Source: a virus
Virus record (IMG/VR): IMGVR_UViG_3300010396_000023
Location: 1-44,269 of that record
Reading direction: 5' to 3' (one strand)
DNA length: 44,269 nucleotides
Part shown: piece by piece, positions 31,497 to 40,109 of the stretch
Numbering within the stretch: position 1 is the stretch's first letter
Layout of the letters: every line of letters starts with the position of its first letter
The notes under the pieces: model-generated
The model's database searches: none
What the model saw: the letters and a program-made list of their open reading frames with translations, nothing else
Told to the model about the DNA's origin: nothing
Program-made: the position numbers and the translations under genes

Positions 31497-31940
31497 ATGA
31501 CTAGCACTACTGACCGGGGCCGTCGGGCCTTTACGGACGAGCAGGCCGCGCAAATTAGGCAAATGTACGCGGGGGGAATGAGCCAAGCGGCGATCGCCCG
31601 CGCATTTAGAGTGAATTCCCAGACAATAGGGCGACTACTCCGAGGGGACACATATATCAACGGGACGGGGATGCAGGACACGCGGGCGACCGTGGCGGGA
31701 AAGTTTCGCCAACCCGATCTCAATGCGCCGAACGCGTCGATGGACCTCGCCCGGCGCATTCTTGCCGCAACCCCTGTGGATATTGCGGCATTGGGGGCAG
31801 TTGTGCCCACCGCCAATACAATCCCGTGGCAAAAAGCCCGCGCGTATTATGCGATCACGCGGGAATGGCCGGAAGGGTATACCCCCACCCCCGAGGATTT
31901 AGCGCACGTGGGGCTTGACATTCCCCCATCGAGCATATAG
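31497..31940 (+). CDS. HTH DNA-binding regulator
   Basis: Start trimmed to ATG 31497 (GGGAGG upstream). FTDEQAAQIRQMYAGGMSQAAIARAFRVNSQTIGRLLRG is a resolvase/sigma-region-4-type HTH. Confidence 0.7.
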   Translation: MTSTTDRGRRAFTDEQAAQIRQMYAGGMSQAAIARAFRVNSQTIGRLLRGDTYINGTGMQDTRATVAGKFRQPDLNAPNASMDLARRILAATPVDIAALGAVVPTANTIPWQKARAYYAITREWPEGYTPTPEDLAHVGLDIPPSSI

Positions 31941-32009
31941 GCTACACACATACCCCACGTCGGGGAACCCACCGGGCAACCCGCCCGATCACTCACGGAG
32001 AATCGCATC

Positions 32010-32645
32010 ATGTCGGAAGCCAACACGAGCAAGAAGGTGAAAAAGGAAGTCGTTCGCACCCCCGTTACCCTCACAACGGGGGAGGTGGTGGAATTCACGG
32101 AGCGCCAACGGACGGTCAAGTCATCCACCCTCGAAAACGGTCACGCGCGGGTGAGGTTCGCATTCCGCAATGGGGAGGTTCGTGAATTCGCGTTTGACAA
32201 GCATACGGACCTCCTCATGCGCCTCGCGATCCACGGCGCGCTGCAGAAGATCGGCGACGAGACGGCCGGGGTGGAGGATCTCGACGACCAGGTCGCGGCG
32301 GTGGATGCGGTGATTGCCCGGCTTGAACGCGGGGATTGGGGCGCAGAGCGGCAAGCGGGCAACTCCTTTGCCGGCGCAGGGATTGTGGTCCGGGCGATCG
32401 CCGAGGCGAAGGGCGTGGACGTGGCGGCCGCGAAAGACTTCATCGAGCGCACGCTCGCCCGGTTTGAGGCCGAGGGTAAGCCCATCACCCGCCAAGCGCT
32501 CTACGCGTCCTTCCGCAAGCCCGGGTCCAAGACCGCACCCATCATCGCCCGTCTGGAAGCCGAGCGGGACGCGAAGCGGGCCGAGAAGGGTGCGGGCGGG
32601 TTGAGCGCGGATGATCTGTTGGACGGGATGGACGCTGTCGAGTAA
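32010..32645 (+). CDS. Hypothetical protein
   Basis: 211-aa ORF with normal globular composition and a CGGAGAA RBS. Confidence 0.65.
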   Translation: MSEANTSKKVKKEVVRTPVTLTTGEVVEFTERQRTVKSSTLENGHARVRFAFRNGEVREFAFDKHTDLLMRLAIHGALQKIGDETAGVEDLDDQVAAVDAVIARLERGDWGAERQAGNSFAGAGIVVRAIAEAKGVDVAAAKDFIERTLARFEAEGKPITRQALYASFRKPGSKTAPIIARLEAERDAKRAEKGAGGLSADDLLDGMDAVE

Positions 32646-32667
32646 CCCACCGCTAGGTGCATTGCCC

Positions 32668-32688
32668 GAGGGGGACGGGTTCCCCCTC
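32668..32688 (+). other. GC-run stem-loop after a TAACCCACC stop context
   Basis: gaggggga (32668-32675) and tccccctc (32681-32688) with loop cgggt. There is no U-tract. Confidence 0.55.
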
Positions 32689-32719
32689 CAACAATCCACC
32701 GCGCACCTGGAGGTGCAAA

Positions 32720-32962
32720 ATGTTGCAAGTCGAAATATACAACGAATCAGACGGCTTCTGGTTTAGGCTGGTCGCCGGAGACGGGCGTCGCACGGAGAAA
32801 TGCACCTACAAACAAATCGCTATGCTGGATGGGCATGTTTGTGCAAGCGAGTATTATCTCCCGTCCTACCTGGCATTCAAACCGATCACGCCAGAGGTGC
32901 TATGCACGGCACTGTGCATCGGCGAAGAACAGCCTCCGCGTAAATTCGGGTCGGAGGAATAA
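32720..32962 (+). CDS. Hypothetical protein
   Basis: Start trimmed to ATG 32720 (GGAGGTG upstream). MLQVEIYNESDGFWFRLVAGDGRR... GC is lower than average. Confidence 0.6.
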   Translation: MLQVEIYNESDGFWFRLVAGDGRRTEKCTYKQIAMLDGHVCASEYYLPSYLAFKPITPEVLCTALCIGEEQPPRKFGSEE

Positions 32963-32973
32963 CCCACCCTGCA

Positions 32974-32991
32974 CCCCCTCCCCCGAGGGGG
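32974..32991 (+). other. GC-run stem-loop after a TAACCCACC stop context
   Basis: ccccctc (32974-32980) and gaggggg (32985-32991) with loop cccc, followed by cttatcc. Confidence 0.55.
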
Positions 32992-33095
32992 CTTATCCAG
33001 GGGCATAAACCGGCCTAATCAACTGGTTTCGGTGGACGGGAGTGATTACCCATCCACCACCCCGCGATAAGCCTCACTCACCCACGGAGCCCACC

Positions 33096-33233
33096 ATGCC
33101 TCCCCGATTCGAACGTGTATTTGAGGTTGTCCTCATCCTCGCATGCGCCCTTTTCATCTTCAACACCCTCTCAGACTACGCGCATGGGGAAATCGACTTC
33201 GCCCCCTGCATGGCCTGCGAGAACGGGGGTTAG
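33096..33233 (+). CDS. Small membrane protein (45 aa)
   Basis: MPPRFERVFEVVLILACALFIFNTLSDYAHGEIDFAPCMACENGG has one TM segment and an ACGGAG RBS. Confidence 0.5.
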   Translation: MPPRFERVFEVVLILACALFIFNTLSDYAHGEIDFAPCMACENGG

Positions 33234-33236
33234 GCC

Positions 33237-33386
33237 ATGTTGCTCATTGCCTTCCTAGAATACCGCACACACGCCAAGGCTTCCGGGTGGGTCGCCTACG
33301 ACTATTCCACCTGGCTGACCATAACGCGCGACTTCCCCGCATACCGCCAACCGGGCTATTGGGTCCGAGGGGCAGAGGAGACCTAA
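33237..33386 (+). CDS. Hypothetical small protein (49 aa, below the track cutoff)
   Basis: MLLIAFLEYRTHAKASGWVAYDYSTWLTITRDFPAYRQPGYWVRGAEET. It fills the gap exactly, and its stop lies 1 nt before the next ATG. Confidence 0.4.
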   Translation: MLLIAFLEYRTHAKASGWVAYDYSTWLTITRDFPAYRQPGYWVRGAEET

Positions 33387-33387
33387 C

Positions 33388-33714
33388 ATGCCCCGCATCC
33401 CACCCGGCACAAAGCGGGTTGAGGTCTACCTCCCCCCTGAGCTTGCCTCCCGCGTGGAGGCTTTCCTCCGTTCGGACGCGTTGGGGAGGGTTCCGCACGG
33501 CTCGTGGAACGCCTTCCTCCTCCAGCGCGTGAATGAATTCTTTGCGTCCGCCAGACTACCCCTCGGTCAATATGAGGGGTTCGGGGCGGACGCCTGGGTG
33601 GGGGGACCGCCCGCTGCAATCCGCACCCTCGCGGCTCACCTCGCCCCCCACCGTCAGGGCTCACCCCTGATCGATGCCGCTTTCCCCGAATTGATGCCCC
33701 CATCGGGGGACTAA
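33388..33714 (+). CDS. Ribbon-helix-helix (CopG/Arc-like) protein
   Basis: KRVEVYLPPELASRVEAFL is a typical RHH N-terminal strand-helix. GAGGAGA RBS. Confidence 0.55.
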   Translation: MPRIPPGTKRVEVYLPPELASRVEAFLRSDALGRVPHGSWNAFLLQRVNEFFASARLPLGQYEGFGADAWVGGPPAAIRTLAAHLAPHRQGSPLIDAAFPELMPPSGD

Positions 33715-33746
33715 CCCGCCCGCCCGTGCAGGTAAAGGAGCTAGCC

Positions 33747-34064
33747 ATGCCGCACCCAGAAGTGTTGGTTGAGATGGATCTGACAAATGACATACGTTGG
33801 TACACAGTGAAGGGGAAACACTACGCCTTTTACGGTGCGACTCGCAGGCTGAGCGGCACTACTCCGAGCATCGCCGGAGAGGAGTCTCCTCCCTATCATC
33901 CAGGATGGAGCCTGTTTGTTGCGTGTGAAGCAGACTATCTCGAAGCTAAACCCCGCCTAGTCCCAGCCTACCCTCCGGCAGCCCCCTCTATCGAGGATCG
34001 CCCCGGCTTGCGCCCCGAATACGTCGATTGGGAAGCTCACCGCGCCTTCCTCCGGAGCCTGTGA
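33747..34064 (+). CDS. Hypothetical protein
   Basis: Start trimmed to ATG 33747 (AAGGAG upstream). TGATG coupling to the next gene. Confidence 0.55.
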   Translation: MPHPEVLVEMDLTNDIRWYTVKGKHYAFYGATRRLSGTTPSIAGEESPPYHPGWSLFVACEADYLEAKPRLVPAYPPAAPSIEDRPGLRPEYVDWEAHRAFLRSL

Positions 34065-34648
34065 TGACCCCCCGCGAACCCCTCCTCTGGCGACTCCTCG
34101 CCCGCGCGGTGTCCTCCACCCCCATCCGTTGGTGGATCATCCGGCGCGCCCTCCGCGCCCCCTACACCCATATCGGCCCCCAGGGGGATGTGTACATGGG
34201 TCGCTGGTGGGTGTTCAATTCCTATGGGCGGGATTACACTCCCCGTTGGCTCGGGCTCCCCTCCATCCGCCTTCATTCCATCAACCGGCCCGATCACGCC
34301 CCCCATCTCCACGATCATCCCCTCCGTTCCCGCGCCATCATCCTCCGGGGTGGGTACGGAGAGACTCGCTACGGGCGTCGCCCCTCCGGCCTATGGTGGG
34401 GACGGGGGGATACCTACTCTCTCCGTCCCGGCATAGACTTCCACAACATCTACGCGGTGGGCTCGGGCGGTGCGCTCACCCTCTTCATCACCTGGCCCCC
34501 TCGCGACGGGGAGTGCACAGAATGGGGCTTCCTGGTCGACGGGGAGAAGGTGGGACATTTGGAATACAACCGGAGGTTTGGCCGTGAGACGGACGTCCCC
34601 GGTAAACCCCTCAATTCGTTTCCCGGAGAATCCCATGCTAACTCGTAA
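34064..34648 (+). CDS. Conserved phage protein with His-rich metal-site-like motif (cupin-like?)
   Basis: Start trimmed to MTPREPLL. The segment RLHSINRPDHAPHLHDHPLRSRAIILRGGYGE recalls an LH...D...HDHPW..S.IL.G.Y.E family seen in many phages. Function is unknown. Confidence 0.6.
   Translation: MTPREPLLWRLLARAVSSTPIRWWIIRRALRAPYTHIGPQGDVYMGRWWVFNSYGRDYTPRWLGLPSIRLHSINRPDHAPHLHDHPLRSRAIILRGGYGETRYGRRPSGLWWGRGDTYSLRPGIDFHNIYAVGSGGALTLFITWPPRDGECTEWGFLVDGEKVGHLEYNRRFGRETDVPGKPLNSFPGESHANS
34599..34626. promoter_or_regulatory. CCGGtAAAC-N10-GTTTCCCGG palindrome overlapping the RBS of the 34635 gene
   Basis: It has one mismatch to the 30481 palindrome and an identical 10-nt spacing. The right arm runs into GGAGAA, and the ATG is at 34635. 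Confidence 0.55.
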
Positions 34649-34922
34649 ACTCACCCATCTCGAAGCCCACGCTATCGCTCACCGACTCCACCAGGCGGAG
34701 GAGATTGTGGCAGGCGTAGTAGCGGAACTGGCGGGGATGGAAGACAGCGTCACTCCGCAACCCCAAGCGGCCGAGCCGAAGGGGCTGACCGAAGCTATTG
34801 AGGCTTTGCAATGCCCCGAAACGCACTCGTGCTCTAACCCCGAATTATTCGAGCGAGGCTGGGAGATTGGAAGAGGCGCCGCTCTGGATATTGTCCGCGC
34901 CCTTCTCGCAAAAGGAGAATGA
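34635..34922 (+). CDS. Hypothetical protein
   Basis: Start trimmed to MLTRKLTHLEAHAIAHRL... (GGAGAA upstream). It overlaps the upstream gene by 14 nt. Confidence 0.55.
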   Translation: MLTRKLTHLEAHAIAHRLHQAEEIVAGVVAELAGMEDSVTPQPQAAEPKGLTEAIEALQCPETHSCSNPELFERGWEIGRGAALDIVRALLAKGE

Positions 34923-34923
34923 C

Positions 34924-35592
34924 GTGAATGACCACGAAATCGCAAAAGTAGTCAACGAACTGCGCGAAATTTCTATCAAATATCGAGATACACAGCAGCT
35001 CCGCGAGCGGATTGCGCATGTCGTCGTGCCGCTGCTCGCCACCCGCAACGCCGGGGCGCAGGAGCCGGTAGGAATAGCCGTGAACGACGAAGAACTTGGG
35101 AGATTTTGGGAGATGCATAAACCAGCATCCGAGTTTTCCGTTGGGACGCATGTCTACACCCACCCCCAGCCGATGCCGCAGACGTACGCGGCGCGGGATG
35201 CAATTAGCCTACTGCGTGAAACCGTAGGGATAACACCGAGCTACGGGTGGGTAGCGCGTAGGGATGCGTTGCTTAAGCGTATAGCCGAGATCGAGCGCAG
35301 CGAGCGGGAGGGAAAAGTGCAGCACGGAACCGAGAAAGCGACTGCGGACGCGGAAATGAAGGTTGCGCAATTGAATGCACTGCCGGACGCGACGCGGGAT
35401 GCTAAAGACGCAAAGCGTTACAGACTGCTTCGAGAGAGGCATTTCGTTCGCGCCGACAACCCGAATACATCCGCTTATCACTGCGTTGGAGTGTTTACTA
35501 GCTGGTTGCCCGCACCAACAATTGACCGTGAAGGATTGGACGCTGTGCTGGACGCCGAAATCAAGCGCCTCGACGGCGCGAAGGAGGAGTGA
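34924..35592 (+). CDS. Hypothetical protein
   Basis: GTG start at 34924 with AAGGAG 6 nt upstream. VNDHEIAKVVNELREISIKY... 222 aa. Confidence 0.6.
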   Translation: MNDHEIAKVVNELREISIKYRDTQQLRERIAHVVVPLLATRNAGAQEPVGIAVNDEELGRFWEMHKPASEFSVGTHVYTHPQPMPQTYAARDAISLLRETVGITPSYGWVARRDALLKRIAEIERSEREGKVQHGTEKATADAEMKVAQLNALPDATRDAKDAKRYRLLRERHFVRADNPNTSAYHCVGVFTSWLPAPTIDREGLDAVLDAEIKRLDGAKEE

Positions 35593-35822
35593 TGAATCTG
35601 GCCGAATTGATCCGGAGCCGCCGTAATGCACTCGGCATGACGCTGGAAGACTTGGCCGACGCTGCGCCTTCATCGAAGTCCTACGTGCATGAATTGGAGT
35701 CGGGTAAGAGCTACAAGATGGGTTTGCCCATCGCCGCCCGGTTCGCTCTTGTTCTAGAGATCAACGTCAACATGATGGCTGTCGCGTCGCTTGAATCCGA
35801 GCGCACCGCAAAGGACCAATAA
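35592..35822 (+). CDS. XRE/Cro-type HTH transcriptional regulator
   Basis: LAELIRSRRNALGMTLEDLADAAPSSKSYVHELESGK is a classic HTH_3 pattern. AAGGAGGAG RBS and TGATG coupling. Confidence 0.8.
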   Translation: MNLAELIRSRRNALGMTLEDLADAAPSSKSYVHELESGKSYKMGLPIAARFALVLEINVNMMAVASLESERTAKDQ

Positions 35823-36142
35823 TGGAATTCACCAAAGAGAATTGGGAAAACGCGCCGAAAGGGGCGAAGTTGGAGTATAACCGTTGTGCTGCTTGGAATC
35901 CTGTTACTTTAGTCGGATTTACCTCTACAGGAGGCCCGGTTATAGAGAGTTTGAACGGCAATATTTGGCGAATTGCCTCAGACTGTCTCCGCATCGTCCT
36001 CCCCAAGCGCAAGGTGACTGTGCAGTTGTGGGAAAGCTCAAAGACGGGTGAATTGGAATCTACGTTCAGTACGGACCCTATTACGGGCGGCGATGAGTGG
36101 ACCCTGCTCGGCGAGCACACTTTCGAAATTGAGAGGGAGTGA
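35822..36142 (+). CDS. Hypothetical protein
   Basis: 106-aa ORF with TAATG coupling and moderately low GC. Confidence 0.6.
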   Translation: MEFTKENWENAPKGAKLEYNRCAAWNPVTLVGFTSTGGPVIESLNGNIWRIASDCLRIVLPKRKVTVQLWESSKTGELESTFSTDPITGGDEWTLLGEHTFEIERE

Positions 36143-36237
36143 TGACTCCCCTTCTCACCGGCTTCGCCTTCGGGATTGGAGCTTTCCTCTTCATTGCCCT
36201 CCCCTACCTTCTCGGGTGGGGAGGGGCTAGCCTTTAG
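36142..36237 (+). CDS. 31-aa single-TM mini-protein
   Basis: MTPLLTGFAFGIGAFLFIALPYLLGWGGASL with TGATG coupling to the upstream gene. Confidence 0.45.
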   Translation: MTPLLTGFAFGIGAFLFIALPYLLGWGGASL

Positions 36238-36246
36238 GAGACTGCT

Positions 36247-36342
36247 ATGGACGATAAAGAAGCCGACACCCTGCTGTTTATAGGATGGCTGTTGATTGAA
36301 TGCGGCCTAATTGGCTTGATCGTGTTTCTGGTTGCACTCTAA
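36247..36342 (+). CDS. 31-aa single-TM mini-protein
   Basis: MDDKEADTLLFIGWLLIECGLIGLIVFLVAL with AGGAG 7 nt upstream. Confidence 0.45.
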   Translation: MDDKEADTLLFIGWLLIECGLIGLIVFLVAL

Positions 36343-36405
36343 GCCCCCATCGCACAGGCCCCGCGCCTGTCCAATGGCGGTTTAACCCACGACCGAAGGA
36401 GGTCA

Positions 36406-36597
36406 ATGATGGCAGAGCAAGTGATTCAAGTGCATGAGTGGCGTCCGAACTATACGCGGAACTGCGAAGTGTGCGGACAAATCCCCTGTGTTGAAGGTTG
36501 GCAACAAACCCCTAAGATTAAACTGGTATATGAAGGCACCATGTGCGGGGTTTGTACGCGGGGTGAGGCTGATTGTGCCGATCCGGCTAACTGGTAA
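36406..36597 (+). CDS. Cys-rich small protein (zinc-finger-like)
   Basis: CEVCGQIPC...CGVCTRGEADC. AAGGAGG lies upstream, and the second ATG at 36409 has the better spacing. Confidence 0.6.
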   Translation: MMAEQVIQVHEWRPNYTRNCEVCGQIPCVEGWQQTPKIKLVYEGTMCGVCTRGEADCADPANW

Positions 36598-36607
36598 GGA
36601 GCGCGTA

Positions 36608-36808
36608 ATGAACCCCGAAACGGAAAGTAGAATCGCCCACCTCCGCCGAGAGGCCACCTCCCGCGACCTCACCCTCGAAGAGATGCGCGAAGTAATCACC
36701 CTCCTCCGCGCGGGGCGGGTAAGCGCCCACCATGCCTCCGACACGGCTCGTAAGGCTAAGGCGAAGGTGGACATTCCAGATGCCGATGACCTCCTCGCGG
36801 GGTTTTAA
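36608..36808 (+). CDS. Hypothetical small protein
   Basis: Start trimmed to MNPETESRIAHLRREATSRDLTLEEMREV... with an AAGGAG RBS. Confidence 0.55.
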   Translation: MNPETESRIAHLRREATSRDLTLEEMREVITLLRAGRVSAHHASDTARKAKAKVDIPDADDLLAGF

Positions 36809-36817
36809 GGAGCTATC

Positions 36818-37123
36818 ATGAGGATTATACAGATTGTGGGTGGGGGAGTGACCTCCGACGGAGATGATGGGACCGTGTTCGGGCTTGGGGATGACGGGAA
36901 CTTGTATGAGTTCATGAGTGGGCATAAACCCTTCATTACAAGTATTGCCGTACAGGACCCTGTGAGTGGCTGGAAAAAAGATGAGCGGGGCTTTACAGTT
37001 TACGAACCCCACTACAGCGATGGCGCGACCCGAGGGTGGAAGCTTGTTTGTGCCTCGGATACCCGATCCATCCCCATCCCTCACCCCGAAGACCCTACCC
37101 GCCACGAACGGAGCCAGTCATGA
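36818..37123 (+). CDS. Hypothetical protein
   Basis: 101 aa with a TAAGGAG RBS and ATGA coupling downstream. Confidence 0.6.
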   Translation: MRIIQIVGGGVTSDGDDGTVFGLGDDGNLYEFMSGHKPFITSIAVQDPVSGWKKDERGFTVYEPHYSDGATRGWKLVCASDTRSIPIPHPEDPTRHERSQS

Positions 37124-37638
37124 CCTGCAATGACCCGAATTGCATTGCCTGTACTTTCCAGGCCGCTCACCCTGAGGAGCAGCGCACCCACCTCATTTTC
37201 GCCGCCACTCGCCTCCTAAAGCTCGTAGTGGGGACGCTCGCGGAGACGAGTTTACGCATGGCACAGATTGAGAAGACGGTCAAGAGCGTGGGCATTGACC
37301 TAGAAGAAAATCCTGGCGTTCTTCAAACCAAATACAACGAGTTGTTCAATCGTATGCTTCGGCTGGAAATTGCAGACCAGGATTACGATATAACCGCAGG
37401 GTTAAAGGTTCTGTTCGCCCTCCTCCCCTCCGACGTGATGGCGGGTGCGTGGGAGTGCTATACCGCCAACATCACTCAGCGTGCTACAGAGGCCGACAAA
37501 GCGGATGAGGTGGAAGCTGCCCTAGCCAACGCACACAAGTTCTTTGATGACTTCGTGCGTACGGGGCACGCGTATCTGGAGGGTGTTTCCTCCGATATGC
37601 CCTCTGCCACAGCCCCTCACCCCACCACCCTCCAATGA
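37120..37638 (+). CDS. Hypothetical protein
   Basis: Start trimmed to MTCNDPNCIACTF... (ATGA coupling). 172 aa, helical. Confidence 0.6.
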   Translation: MTCNDPNCIACTFQAAHPEEQRTHLIFAATRLLKLVVGTLAETSLRMAQIEKTVKSVGIDLEENPGVLQTKYNELFNRMLRLEIADQDYDITAGLKVLFALLPSDVMAGAWECYTANITQRATEADKADEVEAALANAHKFFDDFVRTGHAYLEGVSSDMPSATAPHPTTLQ

Positions 37639-37889
37639 GGTCCACCATCATGGCCATTAAGCCTGATTACCCCACCTGCTCCACCTGCCGCCATTATTGG
37701 CCCCACGAAAAGGAATGCCGGGCACATCCGCCCCAGGTGACTATCATCATCGCCCCCCAGCCGGGAAACATTGCCACAGGCGGCCGTCCGGGGATGGGCC
37801 CCCTCCCCCTCGCGGCCTTCCCCTCCATCGGAGAACCTGGGAAGCTGGGTTGCTCGGAGCACACTCCGGCCCTCACCATTGCACGCTGA
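37635..37889 (+). CDS. Cys-rich small protein
   Basis: CSTCRHYWPHEKECRAHPP...FPSIGEPGKLGCSEH recalls a conserved phage 4-Cys family. It contains an exact CCGGGAAAC at 37761-37769. Confidence 0.55.
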   Translation: MRSTIMAIKPDYPTCSTCRHYWPHEKECRAHPPQVTIIIAPQPGNIATGGRPGMGPLPLAAFPSIGEPGKLGCSEHTPALTIAR

Positions 37890-37897
37890 GGTCTGCC

Positions 37898-38173
37898 ATG
37901 AATATCACCAAACGGTATGACGTAGTGGCGGTCATTGGCAGCTTCGAACGGGATGGTGAAGTTAAGCGAGTGTATCGCACTGTCGACACCCTTGCGGAGA
38001 CTGACACCGGCCCTGTGTTGTGGCTGGATCGTTGTTTCTCACCCGCAGGGCTTCCTCGTAAAAACGACGAAGGCTCTGTGCTGTTGAGCTGCCACCCGCA
38101 AGATCGCGAAGCGACCAATGCTAGTCGCAAGATGCGCGGGGCCTCCCCAGATGACGACAACGAACCGTTTTAA
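37898..38173 (+). CDS. Hypothetical protein
   Basis: Start trimmed to MNITKRYDVVAVIGSFERDGEVKRVYRTVD... 91 aa. Confidence 0.55.
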   Translation: MNITKRYDVVAVIGSFERDGEVKRVYRTVDTLAETDTGPVLWLDRCFSPAGLPRKNDEGSVLLSCHPQDREATNASRKMRGASPDDDNEPF

Positions 38174-38211
38174 CCCCCCGGCCACCAGGCCACTGAGCTA
38201 GGAGTCGTATC

Positions 38212-38580
38212 ATGAAATTTCAGATTGGCGTATTTGCAAAACTCGTGGATCGTTACAATGAGGACACACTGCGTTATGAACAGGTTATTGAGTACTACAT
38301 ACATCAATGGTGCAATGATACGGGCATTGCCTATCAGAAAGAAAACAATGGAGGCACTTTCGTAACCTTCCATGAATTTGACTTCGACGAAGCACAAGGT
38401 GTAACTCGAGAGGTTATTGTGGCAGGAATGGTGGAAGGGCTGCAGGCCAAAAAGACAAACATTTTGGCGGATGCTCAGGCACAAGCCACTGCAATCGATC
38501 AAAAGATTGGGCAACTTCTGCAGATCACGTATACGGCACCCGTCGGAGACGAAGGCCCGCTGCCCTGGGAGATTGTATGA
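38212..38580 (+). CDS. Hypothetical protein on a low-GC islet
   Basis: 122-aa ORF with an AGGAG RBS. It is conspicuously AT-richer than its flanks. Confidence 0.6.
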   Translation: MKFQIGVFAKLVDRYNEDTLRYEQVIEYYIHQWCNDTGIAYQKENNGGTFVTFHEFDFDEAQGVTREVIVAGMVEGLQAKKTNILADAQAQATAIDQKIGQLLQITYTAPVGDEGPLPWEIV

Positions 38581-39500
38581 TTCCCACCACTTTCCCCGAG
38601 GTGCTAGACAGCACCATGCTGACCACCTATCGCTCCTGCCCCCACAAGTTTTTTCGGGAGTACTGCCAACACTGGAAGTCCACCACCCCTTCCGTCCACC
38701 TCCACGCGGGCGCGGCTTTCGCGAAGGGGCTCGAAGCGGCCCGCAAGGCGTTCTGGGGGCGGAGCACGGACGCCGCCACCGCGATGGAAAAGGGCATGTC
38801 CGCTCTCCTCACCGCCTACGGGGACTTCGACTGCCCGGAGGACTCCACCAAATCCGCAACTCGGATGGCGGGGGCACTCGAGTACTACTTCGAGCGTTAC
38901 CCTCTCACCGAGGAGATGGCCCCTCCTCACATGATCCACGGCGAGCCGGCGGTGGAGTTCAACTTCGCCGAGCCCCTTCCCATCCTCCATCCGGACACCG
39001 GGAACCCCCTTATCCTCTGCGGCCGTTTCGACCAAATCGTAGACTACGCCGGGGGAGTGTGGGGCGAGGATGATAAGACCGCCTCCCAGCTCGGCGCATC
39101 CTGGCCAAAGCAGTGGGACATGCGGTTTCAATTCTCGACCTATTGTTGGGGGGCGCGACGAGCTGGGCTGCCCCTCAATGGATTCCTGGTGCGGGGCATA
39201 TCCATCCTCAAGCGCGGCTACGACACGATGCAGGCGATCACCTACCGTCCGGAGTGGATGTTGAAAAGGTGGGAACAGGGGATGCTTCGCACAGTAGGGG
39301 ATATGGTGGAGAGTTGGCGGGAGTATGGTGCAGGTAATGCCCTACCCTTCCCCCTTAACGAGGGCGACGCCTGCACCGCCTATGGCGGCTGCCCCCAGCG
39401 CACTGTCTGCCTCTCCGAGAACCCCGAGCCCTGGCTCACCTCCGGCTTTGTCCAACGTGTATGGAACCCGCTAACGCGGGATGAGGAGAGCGCGTCATGA
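38577..39500 (+). CDS. PD-(D/E)XK nuclease, Cas4/RecB-like with 4-Cys cluster
   Basis: 307 aa. It has an N-terminal Cys (YRSCPHKF), a core GRFDQIVD...GEDDKT and a C-terminal CTAYGGCPQRTVC, matching the Cas4/AddB-type Fe-S nuclease layout. Confidence 0.7.
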   Translation: MIPTTFPEVLDSTMLTTYRSCPHKFFREYCQHWKSTTPSVHLHAGAAFAKGLEAARKAFWGRSTDAATAMEKGMSALLTAYGDFDCPEDSTKSATRMAGALEYYFERYPLTEEMAPPHMIHGEPAVEFNFAEPLPILHPDTGNPLILCGRFDQIVDYAGGVWGEDDKTASQLGASWPKQWDMRFQFSTYCWGARRAGLPLNGFLVRGISILKRGYDTMQAITYRPEWMLKRWEQGMLRTVGDMVESWREYGAGNALPFPLNEGDACTAYGGCPQRTVCLSENPEPWLTSGFVQRVWNPLTRDEESAS

Positions 39501-39670
39501 CTACCCGCAACCAGAAACTCACTGCCGAACGTAATTGGTGTTTGTACGTGGTGAAGGGCATGCAGCAAACCACCTCTTCCACCTTCTCCAAGCACGCCGA
39601 TACTCGCGCTCTGCTCAAAGCCCTTCGTGACTTCGAGAAAACCCTCCGCAAGGTGCGGTATGTCGATTAG
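39497..39670 (+). CDS. Hypothetical small protein (57 aa, below the track cutoff)
   Basis: MTTRNQKLTAERNWCLYVVKGMQQTTSSTFSKHADTRALLKALRDFEKTLRKVRYVD with ATGA coupling. Confidence 0.5.
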   Translation: MTTRNQKLTAERNWCLYVVKGMQQTTSSTFSKHADTRALLKALRDFEKTLRKVRYVD

Positions 39671-40109
39671 CGGAATCGCCCACATCACCTGGACGGATGC
39701 CCGCGAGGTCGTGTGGGGGCATGCGGAGGTGTACTGCGCCGCCTATGCCCCCGCCGGAGGGTGGAGGTCCGCTTATTGGCCCTCCCGCCTCTATGTCTGC
39801 CCCCAGTGCGGCCAGGCCTGGATGCGGGAGACCTGGCGGCATTCCTTCCAGTACGCCTCCGATGCCGGGCCTCCCTGGGTGACGGTGGCCTCCCCCTGCC
39901 GGTGGCACGGCGGGGGCTTCCTCCTCGACCACCTCCATGCCTCCCTGGAGTCTTGCGACGCTGCAATCCTCCACCGGGAAACCAAACTTTACTTCGACCG
40001 ATACGACCATGAGCACACCGACCAGCACTACCCTTCCCTTAACAACTGGCGTCGTCCCGTCGAGCGACTCGACAAGTCTGACCTTGCGTGGCCCGAAGGT
40101 CTTGCTTGA
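39660..40109 (+). CDS. Hypothetical Cys/Trp-rich protein
   Basis: Start trimmed to MSISGIAHITW... It contains CPQCG and ends with a ~100-nt overlap onto the next gene. Confidence 0.5.
   Translation: MSISGIAHITWTDAREVVWGHAEVYCAAYAPAGGWRSAYWPSRLYVCPQCGQAWMRETWRHSFQYASDAGPPWVTVASPCRWHGGGFLLDHLHASLESCDAAILHRETKLYFDRYDHEHTDQHYPSLNNWRRPVERLDKSDLAWPEGLA

Noticed and set aside
31219-31500. 93-aa plus ORF spanning the inverted repeat and T10 region.
   Set aside because: It reads through the palindrome arms and the T10 run (FFFY) and has no RBS. Its end overlaps the well-supported start of the HTH gene.
33143-33532. 129-aa plus ORF overlapping three small genes. Similar out-of-frame ORFs occur throughout 33-35 kb and 39.6-40.3 kb.
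   Set aside because: They are Arg/Pro/Gly/His-rich with no RBS. The alternative small ORFs tile the region with coupled starts and stops.
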